This document shows positions 61,453-64,000 of a stretch of DNA of 64,000 nucleotides, piece by piece; positions within the stretch are counted from its first letter, which is position 1, and each line of letters begins with the position of its first letter. Both the position numbers and the translations under genes were made by a program. The DNA comes from the human T2T-CHM13v2.0 reference genome, Homo sapiens. Below the pieces are notes generated by a model. That model was given only the letters and a program-made list of their open reading frames with translations. It had not been told where the DNA came from and did not search any database. The DNA lies in NCBI RefSeq assembly GCF_009914755.1, contig NC_060940.1. One strand, given 5' to 3'.

Positions 61453-61979
61453 CTTCCCCAAAGTCACTCAGTTCTGTAAGAGTCAAGACTAGAACTCAGA
61501 CCACCAGTACCCATACTAAGACCTTATCTATCACACTCACTGCCAGGACTTTACTACTTTCAAAGACACTCTCTGCTGTAGTAGGTTCCTGCCTCTCATT
61601 CTAAGAAGACAGGTGCATGCCGTTTCCAAAAGACTGTCTCATCTTTCTATATTAAAAGTCAACAAAACAAAACAGTCTTTCAAAGAAATAATGATGTGTT
61701 CAAATCTATGCCTTTTCAGTTTTTCCAAAAAGTGAAACACAATAATAACAAAAAGTCCTAGCAGACGAGTCAGGTGGCACCAGGAGTACTAGCAGGAGAG
61801 GTCACTGAATCAGGGAACTGTAATTTATTTCAAATAGCCCTTGGACAGTCATGTCAAATTTACTTCCTAATGTACGAATCTTTGCTGAGACACTTCTGAA
61901 AGGCGGTAATTGAGCTGCTGATTGAGCTATTATTTATTTAGCAACTATTATTTCCAGGCAATGAATTATAATCTATGCC

Positions 61980-63005
61980 CCAGAGAGCATCCAGAGTGAC
62001 CTTATTAAAACCCAGTCAGGTCTCACCCCCTTACAACGGCTCCTTATCACATTTGGAATGCAATCTAAATCCTTTCCCAAGCTCACAAAGTAGGGCACTG
62101 TTGCTGCCCCTCTGACCATGTCTCCTTCCCTCCTCCCATCATCTATTGCACTTCATGCTCTGGCTGTCTTCTAGGCCTTCAAACATGCCCAGTTCATTTC
62201 TTCCAGAGGTCTCTATACTAGCGATTCTCTCTGCCTGAATTGCTTCTCCCCCAGGTCTCCCTTGCCACTCAGATCTCATTCAGCTCTCAGCTCAAATGCC
62301 TCCTCCTTCAAATGGTCATCCTTGACCCCTGATCTTCTTCCCTGGTCATCTGAAGTCACACCTCCCTTGTTTTATTTCCTTATATCCCTAATCACTATCC
62401 GGAATTATTTTGTATCTCAGATCGGATTCTCTAGAAGTAGAGCCTGAGGATTCTTGTGCAATTAATTGGCTTACTAAGGGAATGCTCTCAACAGAAACCC
62501 ATAAGGGGCTGAGGGAGGTAGGACAGGACATGAGAAAAGCCAGGCAAAGATGTAGTTCAGATGACGTCCAGCCTCCTTTCTCCTTCTGGGAGCTCTGGCG
62601 CATAAAGGGCTCCACAGAGTCTGTCCTGCCTTGTGAAAGGGAGCTTGTCTGTTGTATTCTTGCATCAGTGAGTCACTCAACTGAGGGCTGCCTGGAGTCC
62701 AGGACAAAAACTTTGAGGCAACCCCAATTGTCCAACGGCACACCTTTGCACAAGGATATAAATGTGAGCTGTTGGGCAAAACTGGGGGAAGAATACACCA
62801 ACCAAGAGGCTCTGAGTAGGATGCCCACTACACCCACATTATCCTGCTCATTCACCCGTTTCATTGATTTATGTCTGTCTACCCTGCTAGACTTTAAGTT
62901 CCATGAAGGCAAGAATTTCATCTGCCTTATTTGCTGTGTGCTACTACTTAGCACGTAATAGGCACTCAGTAAATACTGGTTGAATGTTCAAAGAATGAAT
63001 TAATA
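61980..63005 (+). mobile_element. L2 3' region, interrupted by an LTR at 62412-62830
   Basis: CAGAGTGACCTT…; CTCAGCTCAAATG…; 3' end TAGGCACTCAGTAAATACTGGTTGAATG. Confidence 0.75.
62412..62830 (-). mobile_element. LTR16/LTR33-like solo LTR (ERVL)
   Basis: CTAGAAGTAGAGCCTGAG…GATTCTTGTGCAA…GGGAATGCTCTC…GGGAGCTCTGG. Confidence 0.7.
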
Positions 63006-63589
63006 AGCTAAGGCACTTTACTTACTCTAGCCGCATAATTCTTACCATCACCCTGGGAGTCAGGACCTTCAAAGCTGACTTCTTTCCAGGCTTAGATCCA
63101 AGCATGTCCATCTGAGAGACAATTAACCAGACGGTCTAGATAAAAATAAATTATGAGAGCAAACTTCACTTCAGCCTCTACCTCGAGTCTTTCTCCCTAT
63201 TCCCCACAACTTCTTCCCATATATACATGGAGATTTTCTTTTGTCTTTTGAAATGTTTGTTCCCCAAACTCCAGACCATGAGACCAAAGAATCATGAAGA
63301 ATTAGTGCAGGGATTGTTTTTCTTGATGCTTCATTTTGTTTCCATGCATGTTAAGAATATTTTAAAATAAACAGTAGTTGTTATTCACACAGCTAATCAG
63401 GACTGTATGTGTAGGTGCTAACAGGATGGGCTACTATGCATTAAGGTTATATAGTGTTTTAATATTACAAATGACATGGAATTTATTATCTGGACAAGAG
63501 GAATGTTTGAGATTTTTTTTTTACCCCCCATTCCCTGCCAGGGACTTGTCAGTCATCTTAAGATGAAATGGTTTAAGATCTCATTCTTC

Positions 63590-63710
63590 TAGGGGTGATT
63601 TGTGCACCAGCAGCTTAAGCACCCTGGAAGCATGTTAGAAATTTAGTATCTTGGTCCCATTCCAGGCCTGCTAAGCCAGAATCTGCATTTTAACCTGATC
63701 CCCAGGTTGG
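63590..63710. mobile_element. MER5A fragment
   Basis: TGTTAGAAAT…CAGAATCTGCATTTTAAC…GATCCCCAGG. Confidence 0.7.
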
Positions 63711-63927
63711 AGATAGGTTGCCTTCAGACATTTGCTATTGTCTTTTCTATGTCCTATTTGCTTCAGTCTTTCCTATTGTCCTTCCTTTGGGGAAGCTGAC
63801 TGTTTCAGAACATCCCTGTTAATTCCTTATATTCCCCTTCCCTGGAGTCCTGGAAGACCGTAAGGAATTAGATCCCTCTTTTGTCTGTAAAAGTTGGCCA
63901 ACTTGGGATCTTCAAAAGTGAGATAGA

Positions 63928-64000
63928 GGCAGGGTAAGGTGGCTCGCGCCTGTAATCCCAGCACTTTGGGAGGCCGACGGGGGCAGATCATGAGGTCAGG
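63928..64000 (+). mobile_element. Alu 5' end, cut by the window edge
   Basis: GGTGGCTCGCGCCTGTAATCCCAGCACTTTGGGAGGCCGA. Confidence 0.95.

Noticed and set aside
62410-62958. 182-aa ORF
   Set aside because: It lies over an LTR16-like element and L2, starts at a non-ATG codon and has no recognisable domain.

Overview
Hominoid (most likely human) non-coding genomic DNA, not microbial: about 38 Alu copies or fragments (J, S and Y types), a young L1PA 3' end, older L1M pieces, many MIR/L2/CR1 relics, solo LTRs (MLT1/MLT2/THE1/LTR16/LTR28/MER4/MER21/MER50-like) and DNA-transposon MITEs (MER2, MER5, MER20, MER53, MER58, MER82, MER102, MER103). I found no supportable protein-coding gene, RNA gene, CpG island or CRISPR array. 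The listed ORFs are repeat-derived or chance ORFs. The sequence does not support a new biological system. The most notable signals are structural scars: a 74-nt near-perfect fold-back hairpin in an old L1 (34942-35015), a 304-bp tandem duplication (36865-37472), a duplicated L1 3' end with a small inversion (44937-45880), a tailless Alu/L1/Alu patchwork insertion (42375-42759), an internally primed inverted L1 micro-insertion (5589-5841) and a candidate L1 3' transduction (8725-8810). Repeat subfamily names come from recalled consensus sequences read by eye, and boundaries of old repeats are approximate. RepeatMasker/Dfam should confirm them. I cannot assign the locus.
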